From: Candidatus Zhuqueibacterota bacterium
GTDB taxonomy: Bacteria > Zhuqueibacterota > Zhuqueibacteria > Thermofontimicrobiales > Thermofontimicrobiaceae
Assembly: GCA_049322915.1 (NCBI GenBank)
Contig: JBMOPW010000045.1
Coordinates: 72,206 to 136,205 of the forward strand
Length of the DNA stretch: 64,000 nt
Direction: 5' to 3'
Positions 27,458 to 38,175 of the stretch are shown piece after piece. The translations under genes and the position numbers were made by a program. The notes beneath the pieces are model-generated. The model was not told the DNA's origin, ran no database searches, and was given only the letters and a program-made list of their open reading frames with translations. Each line of letters starts with the position of its first letter. Positions within the stretch are counted from its first letter, which is position 1.

Positions 27458-29869
27458 ATGGATTTTACATTCAAATTTATATGGATCCTATTTTCTTCGT
27501 TGCTCTTTCTCTCTTGCTCATCGTCGCAACAGGGCGATTATCCCATCCAGCCTGTCCCATTCACCCTGGTTCACATCAACGATCATTTCTGGCAGCCGCG
27601 CATGGAGACCAACCGCACGGTGACCATTCCCCATGCGTTCAAAAAATGCGAAGAGACCGGACGATTGGATAATTTCGCGATTGCCGGGGGGTTGAAAGAG
27701 GGCGAACATCGCGGCGATTTTCCCTTCGATGACACCGATATTTACAAAACCCTTGAGGGCGCTTCGTACGCGCTGATGCTTCATCCCGATCCCACACTGG
27801 AAGCCTACCTGGACAGTTTAATTTCCCTCATCGCTGCGGCGCAGGAAGATGACGGCTATTTGTACACAGCGCGGACCAATAAATCCGAGCGGCTGAAAAA
27901 CTGGATCGGCGAAGAGCGCTGGGTCAATATTCGGCGCAGTCATGAATTGTACAATTTGGGACATTTGTACGAAGCCGCCGCAGCCCATTACCAGGCTACC
28001 GGCAAGCGCAACCTGCTGGATATCGCTCTGAAGAATGCTGACCTCATCGATGCTACATTCGGGCCGGGAAAACGACAGATGCCGCCCGGCCATCAGGTCA
28101 TTGAAATGGGATTGGTCAAATTGTACCGCGTCACCGCCGAAAGGAAATTTTTGAATCTGGCCAAATTCTTCCTCGATGTGCGGGGCAAATCTCTGAACGG
28201 CCGCAAGCTGGATGGCGAATACAGTCAGGATCACAAACCGGTCATCGAGCAGGACGAGGCAGTGGGACATGCAGTGCGAGCCGCGTACATGTACTCCGGC
28301 ATGGCCGATGTGGCGGCTCTCACCGGGGACAAATTCTACATTCGCGCCATCGATCGGCTCTGGGAGAATGTCGTTGGCAAAAAGCTGTACCTGAATGGAG
28401 GCATCGGCGCGACCGGCTCCAATGAGGGCTTCAGTAAAAATTACGAGCTACCCAACATGAGCGCCTACAACGAAACCTGTGCGTCCATCGGAAATGTGTA
28501 TTGGAATCACCGCCAGTTTCTGCTTCATGGCCAGGCCAAATATATCGACGTGCTGGAACGCACGCTGTACAACGCATTGCTCTCCGGCGTCTCGCTGGAT
28601 GGAAAGCTCTTTTTCTATCCCAACGCCCTGGAATCGGTGGGGCAACATGTGCGAAGCCCGTGGTTCGGCTGCGCCTGCTGCCCGGGAAATGTCACCCGAT
28701 TCATTGCTTCGGTGCCAGGCTATGTCTATGCGCTGAAGGACAAGGCGCTCTACATCAACCTGTACGTTAGCAATGACGCCGAAATTCAACTGAATGATCT
28801 ATCTTTGAAAATTAAACAGGAAACCCGTTATCCCTGGGATGGGGATGTGAAGGTGATGGTTACGCCGGCGAAAAATGGAGAGAAGTTCGCGCTGGCTTTT
28901 CGCATCCCGGGCTGGGCCACACATGATGCCGTGCCGGGCGATTTGTATCGATTTATGGACAACCCGGACGAGTCGTTTGAGCTGGAAATAAACGGAGAGC
29001 CGTATTCCCCGAAAATGCAAGATGGATACGCCGTGGTCAATCGGGCGTGGAATTCGAACGATGAAGTTGAACTGCGCCTGCCCATGCCGGTACGAAGAAT
29101 CGTCGCGCACGATAGCGTCGCAGCGGATATCGGCCGTGTGGCGCTGCAGCGCGGGCCGTTGGTCTTCTGCGCAGAATGGCCGGACAATGCGGATGGCCAT
29201 GTTCGAAATCTGCTGCTGCCGGATGATGCGCCGCTGCGCGCGGAATTTGAGCCGGATCTGCTGCAGGGTGTGATGGTGATTCGGGGGAAGGCTATCGCCT
29301 TCGCGCAGGGAAATGAGCCGAAGCAGTTGGAAAAGACCGAACAGGATTTTATGGCCATTCCCTATTATGCATGGGCTCATCGGGGGCCGGGAGAAATGGC
29401 GGTCTGGCTGGCGCGCGAAGAATCGGCTGTGACGCCGGTGGGCCAGCCAACATTAGCCTCCACCAGCGCGGTGCACGCCTCCAACGGCGCAGACGTTCAA
29501 TCTGTCCATGATTTGCTGGAGCCGAAAAGCAGCATCGACCACGACGTGCCGTTCTTTCACTGGTGGCCTAAAAAGGGCACTATCGAATGGGTGCAATATG
29601 ACTTTTCAAAGCCGGAGGAGGTCTCCCAGGTTGAAGTCTATTGGTTCGATGATACCGGCCAGGGCGAATGTCGCGTGCCACAATTCTGGCGCATTCTGTA
29701 CCTGAGCGGGAAGGAATGGAAGCCTGTCTACACCACAGATGCGTACCGCGTGGACAAAGATCGCTATAATAAAGTCGTGTTTGAAACAGTGAAAACAAAA
29801 TCATTACGGCTGGAAATTCAGTCCCAGCCAGAGTTTGCCGGGGGAATTCATGAATGGAAAGTGAAGTGA
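27458..29869 (+). CDS. GH127 beta-L-arabinofuranosidase-like lipoprotein with C-terminal discoidin-like domain
   Basis: GGAGGT RBS; lipobox FLSC; HELY, GHAVRA, ETCA, CACCPGN. Confidence 0.9.
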   Translation: MDFTFKFIWILFSSLLFLSCSSSQQGDYPIQPVPFTLVHINDHFWQPRMETNRTVTIPHAFKKCEETGRLDNFAIAGGLKEGEHRGDFPFDDTDIYKTLEGASYALMLHPDPTLEAYLDSLISLIAAAQEDDGYLYTARTNKSERLKNWIGEERWVNIRRSHELYNLGHLYEAAAAHYQATGKRNLLDIALKNADLIDATFGPGKRQMPPGHQVIEMGLVKLYRVTAERKFLNLAKFFLDVRGKSLNGRKLDGEYSQDHKPVIEQDEAVGHAVRAAYMYSGMADVAALTGDKFYIRAIDRLWENVVGKKLYLNGGIGATGSNEGFSKNYELPNMSAYNETCASIGNVYWNHRQFLLHGQAKYIDVLERTLYNALLSGVSLDGKLFFYPNALESVGQHVRSPWFGCACCPGNVTRFIASVPGYVYALKDKALYINLYVSNDAEIQLNDLSLKIKQETRYPWDGDVKVMVTPAKNGEKFALAFRIPGWATHDAVPGDLYRFMDNPDESFELEINGEPYSPKMQDGYAVVNRAWNSNDEVELRLPMPVRRIVAHDSVAADIGRVALQRGPLVFCAEWPDNADGHVRNLLLPDDAPLRAEFEPDLLQGVMVIRGKAIAFAQGNEPKQLEKTEQDFMAIPYYAWAHRGPGEMAVWLAREESAVTPVGQPTLASTSAVHASNGADVQSVHDLLEPKSSIDHDVPFFHWWPKKGTIEWVQYDFSKPEEVSQVEVYWFDDTGQGECRVPQFWRILYLSGKEWKPVYTTDAYRVDKDRYNKVVFETVKTKSLRLEIQSQPEFAGGIHEWKVK

Positions 29870-30019
29870 TTCAGCATACGGCTGTGAATGGGATTGTTGT
29901 GATTCGTGCGTGACGCTCGGTTTCGTACGCCGGGCGGCGCGATTGAATTTTCACTCATAAAATGAAATAATTCACGGTGACAGCGGAATCAAGCCCGTAA
30001 TCATTAAGGAGGAATTCAC

Positions 30020-32395
30020 GTGTACCAAACACACGTTTCTAACAATCATCTATGGCGTGCATCCGGACTCATTGTGTTTCTCGCTTTTCTGCTCATACTA
30101 AATTGCAAGGTGAATAAAATGGAACATCAGCAATCTGCCATTTCGAATCAGGTGAAATTTGGGACGACCGCTCCCTGGAAACAATACACCTGGGCCGGAA
30201 AGGGTTTTTTTACAATGGCCGAGAACGGCCGGTCAGGGCAGCCCTGTCACGTCATTTCGTCGCAGGCTGGCGCAGATTATTCCTGGGGCATCGACGCGCC
30301 GGTGAAACCATTCTCGAAATACCGGCTTTCCGGCTGGATAAAAACCGATAGCGTGCAGGTGACTACCGGCAAAGGCGCATTGTTCAATCTGCATGGAATG
30401 AGCGGCGCGGCCACGCAACCGCTGATCGGCACCAACGATTGGACGGAAGTGCAGATGGAGTTCAATACTGAGAAAAACGACCTCATCCAGATTAATTGCC
30501 TGTTTGGAGGCTGGGGCCTGGCCACCGGCACAGCGTGGTTCGATGATGTGAAACTGGAACTGCTGGAGGCGTGTGAATTAAATCCGGCAGTGACCATCAA
30601 TGCTGAAAAAACCGGTCAGCCCATTTCCCGCTACATCTACGGCCAGTTCATCGAACATTTGGGACGCTGCATCTATGGCGGCATTTGGGCCGAAATGTTG
30701 GAAGACCGCAAATTCTTCTACGCGGTCGGCGATTCCCTGTCGCCGTGGCACGTGATCGGCGATAAGGATGCCGTGCGGATGATCGTTGAAAATCCCTTTG
30801 TCGGGGCGCATACCCCTGAAATCCGACTGCCCAGCGATGGCACGAAAATCGGGATCGGGCACGGCGCACTGGGATTGGAGAGCGGCAAAACATACATCGG
30901 ACGCATTGTGCTGGCCGGCGATCCAACAGCGGCGCCGATTAGTCTGAACCTGTTTTGGGGCGATGGAAAGATCAATCAGGGGACTTTTTTCATTGACAAA
31001 ATTGAATCGCAATTCACAACCCATACATTTGAATTCACGGCTGGTAAGGATACCGAGGATGGCCTGTTGCAGATATCGAGTCAGGGGAATGGGAAATTTC
31101 AGATCGGCGCCGTGTCGCTGATGCCGGCAGACCATGTGAACGGCTTTCGCCCGGATGTGCTGCAATTATTGAAGGAACTCAATTCGCCCATTTACCGCTG
31201 GCCCGGCGGGAATTTCGTCAGCGGCTACAACTGGAAAGACGGGATAGGCGATCCGGACCGGCGTCCGCCGCGCAAGAATCCTGCCTGGCTGGGCGTCGAG
31301 CACAATGATGTAGGTATTCATGAATTTATCGCGCTGTGCCGGGAAATCGGCACAGAACCATACGTCACGGTGAACACCGGTCTGGGTTCGGTGGAATTGG
31401 CCGCTGAGCAGGTGGAATATTGCAACGGCTCAACCGAAACTCCGATGGGAAAATGGCGAGCTCAAAACGGCAGCGAAGAATCTTTCAAAGTGAAATGGTG
31501 GGCGATTGGCAATGAAATGTACGGTCACTGGCAATTGGGCAATATGCCCATCGAACAGTATGTTCTGAAACACAACGCCACGGTCGAAGCCATGCGCGCC
31601 GTGGATCCCGGCATCATCGTGGTCGCTTCGGGCGTCGTTGGCCCATGGGACGAGAATCTGCTGGCCCATTGCGCGGATTACATGGATCACATCAGCGAGC
31701 ATTTCTACAATCAGGAAAGGCCGGGGCTGATGGCGCACATCGCCCAGCCGGCCAATGAGATTCGCCGAATCGCCGATGCAGAGCGGCATTATCGTCGGAC
31801 GATTCCGGCGCTCGCCGGCAAAGACATCAAAATTGTCATGGATGAATGGAATTACTGGTACGGCCCTTATATTTTTGGCGAATTGGGGACCCGCTATTAT
31901 CTGAAAGATGGGCTGGGCATTGCGGCCGGACTGCATGAGTACTACCGCAACAGCGACATCTACATCATGGCCAATTACGCGCAGACAGTGAATGTGATTG
32001 GCTGCATCAAAACCACTAAAACCCGCGCCGCGTTTGAATCCACCGGCCTGGTGTTGAATTTGTACCGCCGCCATTTTGGGGATATCCCTATTGAAATCAG
32101 TGGCTCGCCGGAACCGCTGGATATCGTCGCCGCCTGGACTTCCGACAAACGTTCGGTGACCATTGCAGCAGTGAATCCGACGAAGCAGACCTATGAGCTT
32201 CCGCTGACTGTGACAGGCGTTTCGCTCGAGGATGTGGGGACTGTCTGGCAAATCGCGGGGACAGACCCGCAGGCGTTCAATGATCCCGGCAAAGCGCCGG
32301 CAATCATCATCGAAGAGAAGTCCATTAAAAACTATGCGCACCGGTTATCCATCCCCGCGTTGAGCGCTTCGGTATTCAAATTTGATGTGCGCTGA
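30020..32395 (+). CDS. GH51 alpha-L-arabinofuranosidase with N-terminal carbohydrate-binding-like domain
   Basis: GQFIEHLGRCIYGG, RWPGGNF, WAIGNE, DEWN, AQTVNVI. Confidence 0.92.
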   Translation: MYQTHVSNNHLWRASGLIVFLAFLLILNCKVNKMEHQQSAISNQVKFGTTAPWKQYTWAGKGFFTMAENGRSGQPCHVISSQAGADYSWGIDAPVKPFSKYRLSGWIKTDSVQVTTGKGALFNLHGMSGAATQPLIGTNDWTEVQMEFNTEKNDLIQINCLFGGWGLATGTAWFDDVKLELLEACELNPAVTINAEKTGQPISRYIYGQFIEHLGRCIYGGIWAEMLEDRKFFYAVGDSLSPWHVIGDKDAVRMIVENPFVGAHTPEIRLPSDGTKIGIGHGALGLESGKTYIGRIVLAGDPTAAPISLNLFWGDGKINQGTFFIDKIESQFTTHTFEFTAGKDTEDGLLQISSQGNGKFQIGAVSLMPADHVNGFRPDVLQLLKELNSPIYRWPGGNFVSGYNWKDGIGDPDRRPPRKNPAWLGVEHNDVGIHEFIALCREIGTEPYVTVNTGLGSVELAAEQVEYCNGSTETPMGKWRAQNGSEESFKVKWWAIGNEMYGHWQLGNMPIEQYVLKHNATVEAMRAVDPGIIVVASGVVGPWDENLLAHCADYMDHISEHFYNQERPGLMAHIAQPANEIRRIADAERHYRRTIPALAGKDIKIVMDEWNYWYGPYIFGELGTRYYLKDGLGIAAGLHEYYRNSDIYIMANYAQTVNVIGCIKTTKTRAAFESTGLVLNLYRRHFGDIPIEISGSPEPLDIVAAWTSDKRSVTIAAVNPTKQTYELPLTVTGVSLEDVGTVWQIAGTDPQAFNDPGKAPAIIIEEKSIKNYAHRLSIPALSASVFKFDVR

Positions 32396-32448
32396 TTGTG
32401 TGCGTTTTGAACGGTGCACTATCCATAGAAAGTGAAGGAGGGTTTGCT

Positions 32449-33825
32449 ATGTCGAAACATAATTCAAACAGTCACAGCGATTTCAGCCGCCGCGATTTTC
32501 TGGTTCTCGGCGCTGCCGGTGGACTTGGCGCGACGCTGGTCGGCAGCGGTCTGCTGAGCTGCTCCGGCGAGCCGCGGAAGATGTCCACGTCGCCCGGCCT
32601 GCCCCTGATTTCGCCCATTGAAACGGTGCGCGTTGGTTTTGTGGGCGTGGGCATGCAAGGCTCCAGCCATGTGCAGAATTTCCTGAACATCGAAGGCGTT
32701 CAGATCAAGGCTATTTGCGACATCATCGAAGAAAAGGTCGCTCGCATGCAGAAATGGGTGGTCGATGCCGGCCAGCCGAAACCGACCGGTTATTCGCGCG
32801 GTGAATTTGATTTTAAGCGGATGTGCCAGGAAGAAGACCTGGATCTGGTCTTCACTGCGACGCCCTGGGACTGGCATGTGCCCGTGTGCCTTGCGGCCAT
32901 GGAAAATGGAAAACACGCGGCCACTGAAGTCCCGGCAGCGGTCACAATCGAAGAATGCTGGCAGTTGGTCGAGACTGCGGAGAAACAACTGAAGCATTGC
33001 GTGATGATGGAGAACTGCAATTATGGCCGCGCCGAAATGCTCATTTTGAACATGGTACGACAGGGAATTTTCGGTGAATTGATTCACGGGGAATGCGGCT
33101 ATAATCATGATTTGCGCAATTTCAAGTTGGGCGGTCTGTACGAAGGCGACTGGCGCGTTCAGCATTCCATCAAACGCAACGGCAACCTGTATCCCACGCA
33201 CGGATTGGGGCCGGTGGCGCAGTGCATGAATGTCAACCGCGGCGATCAGTTCGAATACCTCGTCTCGATGAGCAGCAATTCGCGCGGATTGCAGTTATAC
33301 GCTGCCGAGAAATTGGGTCAGGAACATAAGTACACCAGGCAAAAATACGCCCTCGGGGACGTGAATGTCAGTCTCATAAAGACCGTGCATGGGCTGATCA
33401 TCACATTGTACCATGACACAAATTTGCCGCGGCCGTATACGCGGATCAATCTGGTTCAGGGCACCAGAGGCATCACTCAGGGTTATCCCGATCAAATTCA
33501 CATCGAAGGCCGCAGCCCGGCGCATCAATGGGAGCCGCTGGAAAATTACCGCGCGGAATTCGATCATCCGCTGTGGAAGAATATTGGAGAAAAAGCAGCC
33601 GGCGCCGGCCATGGCGGCATGGATTATCTGGAGGATTACCGGCTCGTGCAGGCGTTGCGTACCGGCGCGCCCACAGATATGGATGTGTACGATGCGGCTG
33701 CGCTGAGTTGTGTCTCGGAACTGTCCGAACGGTCTGTGGCGAATAAAAGTCGCCCGGTTGATTTCCCTGATTTCACACGGGGAATGTGGAAGACGCGCGA
33801 GCCTCTGGGCATCATCGGCGAATGA
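32449..33825 (+). CDS. GH109 (Gfo/Idh/MocA-fold) NAD-dependent glycosidase with Tat signal
   Basis: SRRDFL Tat motif; TPWDWH, MENCNY, YPTHGLGP, GHGGMD. Confidence 0.9.
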   Translation: MSKHNSNSHSDFSRRDFLVLGAAGGLGATLVGSGLLSCSGEPRKMSTSPGLPLISPIETVRVGFVGVGMQGSSHVQNFLNIEGVQIKAICDIIEEKVARMQKWVVDAGQPKPTGYSRGEFDFKRMCQEEDLDLVFTATPWDWHVPVCLAAMENGKHAATEVPAAVTIEECWQLVETAEKQLKHCVMMENCNYGRAEMLILNMVRQGIFGELIHGECGYNHDLRNFKLGGLYEGDWRVQHSIKRNGNLYPTHGLGPVAQCMNVNRGDQFEYLVSMSSNSRGLQLYAAEKLGQEHKYTRQKYALGDVNVSLIKTVHGLIITLYHDTNLPRPYTRINLVQGTRGITQGYPDQIHIEGRSPAHQWEPLENYRAEFDHPLWKNIGEKAAGAGHGGMDYLEDYRLVQALRTGAPTDMDVYDAAALSCVSELSERSVANKSRPVDFPDFTRGMWKTREPLGIIGE

Positions 33826-34565
33826 GATTGGCGATGGCGTTCAGAGTAATCTGCCTGGGCTGTCTTTTGATGATGCTCGGTTTCTGCGATAACAGCCGTG
33901 ACGCGAAAACGACGGCCGGCAGTCCTGCGACGTCCCTTCCGGAACCCGGCGTGATTCTGGAATTCTCCGTCGTCGTCGATAGGGATGTGTACGAATACAC
34001 GAACTACGGCGAGCCTCCCCAGATGGCGTTCTGGCTGGAACGACCGGAGACCGGCGACATTCGGACGGTCTGGGTCAGCCATCGCACTGGCCGGCGGCAA
34101 TGGAAAGGCAAGGTGGAGTGCCCTGTCGCGCTGCCATTCTGGGAGAGCCGGCACGCGCTGGAAAAAAGCAATTTCAGGGAACGCCATCTGCTGCAGCGAC
34201 TGCTGGACGCAATTACCGGGGCAACGCCACAAGGCGGTGTGTTTTCTGTGAAAACGACTGCGCCAGAGAATAGCCACTGGGACTATTTCATCGAGGTCAA
34301 TCTGTCCGGCGATTTCAACGCCGCTTTCCCATCGCAGCGCGACAACGGCGAGCCTGACCACGAAGGCAATGGTCAGCCATCCCTGATTTTCAAAGGAAGA
34401 ATGGAAGCAACGCCTGGCGTCTCCCATGCGCCGGAATTGATCGGACGCACCGACCAGTGGGTGGCGATCGATTCCATCATCACGGATATGGCCGGAATCA
34501 CCAGCGCCAGAAAGATACTCAGGAATATTCAGGTGAACTGCATCTCGCCGACTGCCAATGAATGA
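33822..34565 (+). CDS. Exported hypothetical protein (DUF2271-like)
   Basis: ATGA overlap with GH109 stop; PPQMAFWLE...RTVWVS...LDAITGAT. Confidence 0.55.
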   Translation: MRLAMAFRVICLGCLLMMLGFCDNSRDAKTTAGSPATSLPEPGVILEFSVVVDRDVYEYTNYGEPPQMAFWLERPETGDIRTVWVSHRTGRRQWKGKVECPVALPFWESRHALEKSNFRERHLLQRLLDAITGATPQGGVFSVKTTAPENSHWDYFIEVNLSGDFNAAFPSQRDNGEPDHEGNGQPSLIFKGRMEATPGVSHAPELIGRTDQWVAIDSIITDMAGITSARKILRNIQVNCISPTANE

Positions 34566-34598
34566 CGAAAATTTCAGTGATCGAAGAAGAGGAACTCC

Positions 34599-35675
34599 AT
34601 GCCAGATCGGATTAAGGTGTCTGCCCCGGGACGAATTTGTCTGTTCGGCGAGCATCAGGACTATTTACATCTGCCAGTTATCCCCAGCGCGATTTCGCTG
34701 CGGATTTCCATTGAGGGCGCGCATCGCGAGGATGCCGAGGTCGTCATTCACCTGCCGGATGTGGGCGAAGAGGAATCGTTCTCGCTGCGGGGCCCTATTC
34801 GCTACGTGAAGGAGCGGGACTATTTTCGAAGCGCGGCGAACGTGCTGCTTCGGGAAAATTTTTCCTTCTCCCGTGGATTCGATTGTCGGGTCACCGGCAA
34901 CATCCCGATCAATGCGGGTACATCCAGTTCATCCGCGTTGATTGTCGCATGGATTGGTTTTCTGACGCGGATGTCCGATCAGGCTAATACATTGCCGGCT
35001 GTGGAGATCGCCCGATTGGCGCATCGCGCTGAAGTGCTGGAATTCAACGAACCGGGCGGGATGATGGATCATTTTTCCACGTCGCTCGGCAGCACAATTT
35101 TTCTCGACTTTGAGCCCAAAACGCAGCACACGTTTTTGAGCGCACCGCTCAAAACATTTGTTCTGGGCAACTCGCTGGAACCGAAGGATACCAAAGGAAT
35201 TCTGGCGCGGGTGAAAAATCAGGTTCTGGCAGCAACGGAGCGACTGACAGCGAAGTTCCCCGGGTTCCACCTTCGTCGCACTTCGATGGAGGAATTAGAT
35301 CGTTTTGCCGGAGACATCACTTCCGACCAGCGTGAGTTACTGCAGGCGACGTTGCAGAATTACGCCATCACCCTCGAAGCGAAACAGGCCTTGCAGCGCG
35401 AACCGCTGGATCATGCGAACGTGGGGCGTCTGCTCAATGCTCATCAGCAAATTTTGCGGGATGTCCTTCGAATCTCCACCCGGAAAATTGATCGGATGAT
35501 CGACGCGGCGCTGAACGCCGGCGCGTATGGCGCGAAAATCAATGGATCAGGCGGCGGCGGTTGCATGTTTGCCTATGCGCCGGAACATCCTGAGGCGGTC
35601 ATCGAGGCGATTGAACGGGCTGGTGGCAAAGGACATCTCATTGAAATCGATCAGGGGATTCGCTACGATTTCTGA
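34599..35675 (+). CDS. GHMP-family sugar kinase (galactokinase-like)
   Basis: APGRICLFGEHQDY, PINAGTSSSSA, GAKINGSGGGG. Confidence 0.9.
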   Translation: MPDRIKVSAPGRICLFGEHQDYLHLPVIPSAISLRISIEGAHREDAEVVIHLPDVGEEESFSLRGPIRYVKERDYFRSAANVLLRENFSFSRGFDCRVTGNIPINAGTSSSSALIVAWIGFLTRMSDQANTLPAVEIARLAHRAEVLEFNEPGGMMDHFSTSLGSTIFLDFEPKTQHTFLSAPLKTFVLGNSLEPKDTKGILARVKNQVLAATERLTAKFPGFHLRRTSMEELDRFAGDITSDQRELLQATLQNYAITLEAKQALQREPLDHANVGRLLNAHQQILRDVLRISTRKIDRMIDAALNAGAYGAKINGSGGGGCMFAYAPEHPEAVIEAIERAGGKGHLIEIDQGIRYDF

Positions 35676-35717
35676 TGCCGGCGCCGTCAACTTGTCCCGA
35701 AGAATCTGGAGCCATTT

Positions 35718-36335
35718 TCAAAAAAATGGATTGGATGCTTTTTCCTGCTTCACTGTGGTCGATGGACCATGCCCCGGGTAAATCTCTGTCTCCGGGGGCA
35801 GCGTGAAAATTTTATTTTCTACTGAATCGATCAATGTCTGATGATTCCCGCCTGGAAAATCAGTCCGTCCCACTGATCCTTCAAAAATGAGATCCCCGAC
35901 AAACAGCTTATTCCCGACAAAAAAAGTGATGCTTCCGGGTGAATGCCCCGGCGTATGCAGCACCGTGATGTTCAATTCGCCCAGGGGAATTTTTTCATTA
36001 TCCTCGACAAAACGATCCGGCTGCAATTTCCCCGGGTCTGGCAAGCCGAACATGAGCGCTTGTGCAGAGAGTCCACGCAGTAAAAATTGATCATCTTTAT
36101 GCATGAGAAAAAGCGCATTGGTCTTGTCTTTCACGCGATTCAAATGTGCCAGATGATCGATGTGCCCATGAGTCAATAAAATATATTTCAACTCGATGTT
36201 GTTATCTTTTAACGCGTTGAAAATGATCTCACAATTTTCCCCCGGGTCGATCACCGCACCGACGCCGGTTTTTTCACACCCAATGATATAGCAATTCACT
36301 CCAAGTGGTCCAGCGATTATTTTTTTTAAAACCAT
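35718..36335 (-). CDS. MBL-fold metallo-hydrolase (glyoxalase II-like)
   Basis: THGHIDH, TPGHSPG, GDLIF, PGHG. Confidence 0.92.
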   Translation of the reverse strand: MVLKKIIAGPLGVNCYIIGCEKTGVGAVIDPGENCEIIFNALKDNNIELKYILLTHGHIDHLAHLNRVKDKTNALFLMHKDDQFLLRGLSAQALMFGLPDPGKLQPDRFVEDNEKIPLGELNITVLHTPGHSPGSITFFVGNKLFVGDLIFEGSVGRTDFPGGNHQTLIDSVENKIFTLPPETEIYPGHGPSTTVKQEKASNPFF

Positions 36336-36697
36336 ACCAGATCTCCATCCCTTTCAACTGATATACTTTTCAATAGTTACAGGAACAACCACCCATTTTT
36401 GGCGCATTATTGTAGCAATTTTCTTTCTGATTTGCAAGCGCTATTTGAATATTTTTTATGGATGGCCGGGATCGAAGCATGAAAATCAGGAAATTTTAAC
36501 CTGCTCCAGGAAAAAATATCCCGTTTCAAATCGGCCCGGAAATGATTCTCCCCTGTCAGTCATGCTGGTCGATTCATTGATCGAAGTGGGGTCGTCGTAA
36601 TATTCTTTTATAATTATGGGAATTAGCTCATGAAAAAAAATCGATGGTTGATCATGAAAAAGCCACGGTCGGGTCGGGATTTGATGTTGGAGTCGAC

Positions 36698-36713
36698 TGG
36701 CATACAAGTTGCA
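36698..36713 (+). promoter_or_regulatory. Putative sigma54 (-24/-12) promoter
   Basis: TGGCATACAAGTTGCA: GG-N10-GC spacing, near-consensus. Confidence 0.65.
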
Positions 36714-36768
36714 AAATTAAGATCAAATCCCAGGACGAAAATCTTTAACCTCTTGAAAATAAAGAGAG

Positions 36769-37092
36769 ATGAAAAAGCGTCTCAGGGAAAAGATATTGAA
36801 TAAACAGGAAATTAATTCCCGATTGATTGGATGGATGACAATGCCTGACATGGTTGAACGCAGAACCGATTTAACGTTGAGGAAGGAAGGTGATGAATCC
36901 CCGCTGAAACAGGCGACTGCATCGTTCATTCGAGAAATTGCCAGGTTGGAAGGCCGGATTATAAATGCCTGCGCCGCCACTGATGAAATGGCGACACAGG
37001 ACATCGCTAATATCCTGGTGATGCTGGAACGATTGGATATTCATTATTGCCAGATGCTGCAATTGCAACTGGCTATGCACGAGAGAAATTGA
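36769..37092 (+). CDS. Hypothetical helical protein upstream of fliA
   Basis: 107-aa ORF co-oriented with fliA; start uncertain. Confidence 0.45.
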   Translation: MKKRLREKILNKQEINSRLIGWMTMPDMVERRTDLTLRKEGDESPLKQATASFIREIARLEGRIINACAATDEMATQDIANILVMLERLDIHYCQMLQLQLAMHERN

Positions 37093-37249
37093 AAAAGTGT
37101 TTCATTGAGTCCGATGCGCTGAACGGCGCTCATGATGGATGTGAAGAAATCAGGATGATGATCAGGACAGATTTGATATGACAATGATTGGTTAAAAAAT
37201 GTTTAGGGAACATGTTAACATGTGAGATGAATGATTAGGGAGAAAAGCC

Positions 37250-38014
37250 ATGCAGTTGGATATCAAGGGAATATGGAAATCTTATGCATTAACGAAAAAT
37301 CCGGAAATCAAGGAAAAACTTTTGGTGCACTATCTGCCGATTGTGAAGTATGTCGCCAGCCGAATGCTGATGACATTGCCGTCGTCGGTGGAGTATGATG
37401 ATTTGGTGAGCTCCGGGCTTCTTGGCTTGATTGGCTCGGTCGATCGGTTCGATCCGGAGCAGGGAGTTAAGTTTGAAACGTATGTCCTGCCTCGAATCAA
37501 GGGCGCGATTTTGGATGAACTGAGGACACTGGATTGGGCGCCGCGTTCGCTGAGGTCAAAGGCAAGATCGATGGAACGGACGATTGTTGAATTGGAACGG
37601 GAATTATGCCGGTCCGTCTCGGATATCGAGGTGGCCGATCGCATGGATATCACTGATCAGGAATTCAGCAGCCTCCAGCGCGATATAACAACGGCCTCCC
37701 TGCTCTCATTGGATGGCTCTTTGCGCGAAGATACTGAAAATGGCACCTGCATGTACGATGTGGTGGAAAATCCAATGGCAGAAAGTCCTCTGTCGATCAT
37801 TGAAAATGAGGAGTTGAAAGAATTGATGGTAGAGGTCATTAACGAGATGCCGGAACAGGAACGATTGGTCATTGCGCTGTATTATTATGAAGAACTCACT
37901 CTGCGGGAAATTGGAAATGTCATGGAAATAACCGAATCACGCGTTTCACAAATACACACAAAAGCAATTGGCAATTTAAAGACGAAGCTGATGGACGAAG
38001 TGGTATCGTCATAG
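37250..38014 (+). CDS. fliA: FliA/WhiG-family sigma factor (sigma28)
   Basis: RIKGAILDELRTLDWAPRS, YYYEELTLREIG, ESRVSQIH. Confidence 0.93.
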   Translation: MQLDIKGIWKSYALTKNPEIKEKLLVHYLPIVKYVASRMLMTLPSSVEYDDLVSSGLLGLIGSVDRFDPEQGVKFETYVLPRIKGAILDELRTLDWAPRSLRSKARSMERTIVELERELCRSVSDIEVADRMDITDQEFSSLQRDITTASLLSLDGSLREDTENGTCMYDVVENPMAESPLSIIENEELKELMVEVINEMPEQERLVIALYYYEELTLREIGNVMEITESRVSQIHTKAIGNLKTKLMDEVVSS

Positions 38015-38050
38015 CCCATCGCCTGTACACGGATTAAACGAATAGATATC

Positions 38051-38124
38051 AAAGCCCAATTTTATTATCTTCGGAACGGGATGTCTCTGGCTGACTATGG
38101 TTAAAATAATAAGATTGGGCTTTT
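38051..38124. terminator. Long inverted repeat between convergent genes
   Basis: AAAGCCCAATTTTATTAT...ATAATAAGATTGGGCTTTT. Confidence 0.55.
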
Positions 38125-38175
38125 CTTTTTGTCCCCGGTACTTCTTCTCTCTCGGCCTCGTCCACACGGAGCCAG

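Noticed and set aside
33636..34655. 339-aa antisense ORF, and other long antisense ORFs such as 31430-32341, 41843-42487 and 61671-62339
   Set aside because: Shadow ORFs opposite better-supported genes; no recognisable motifs
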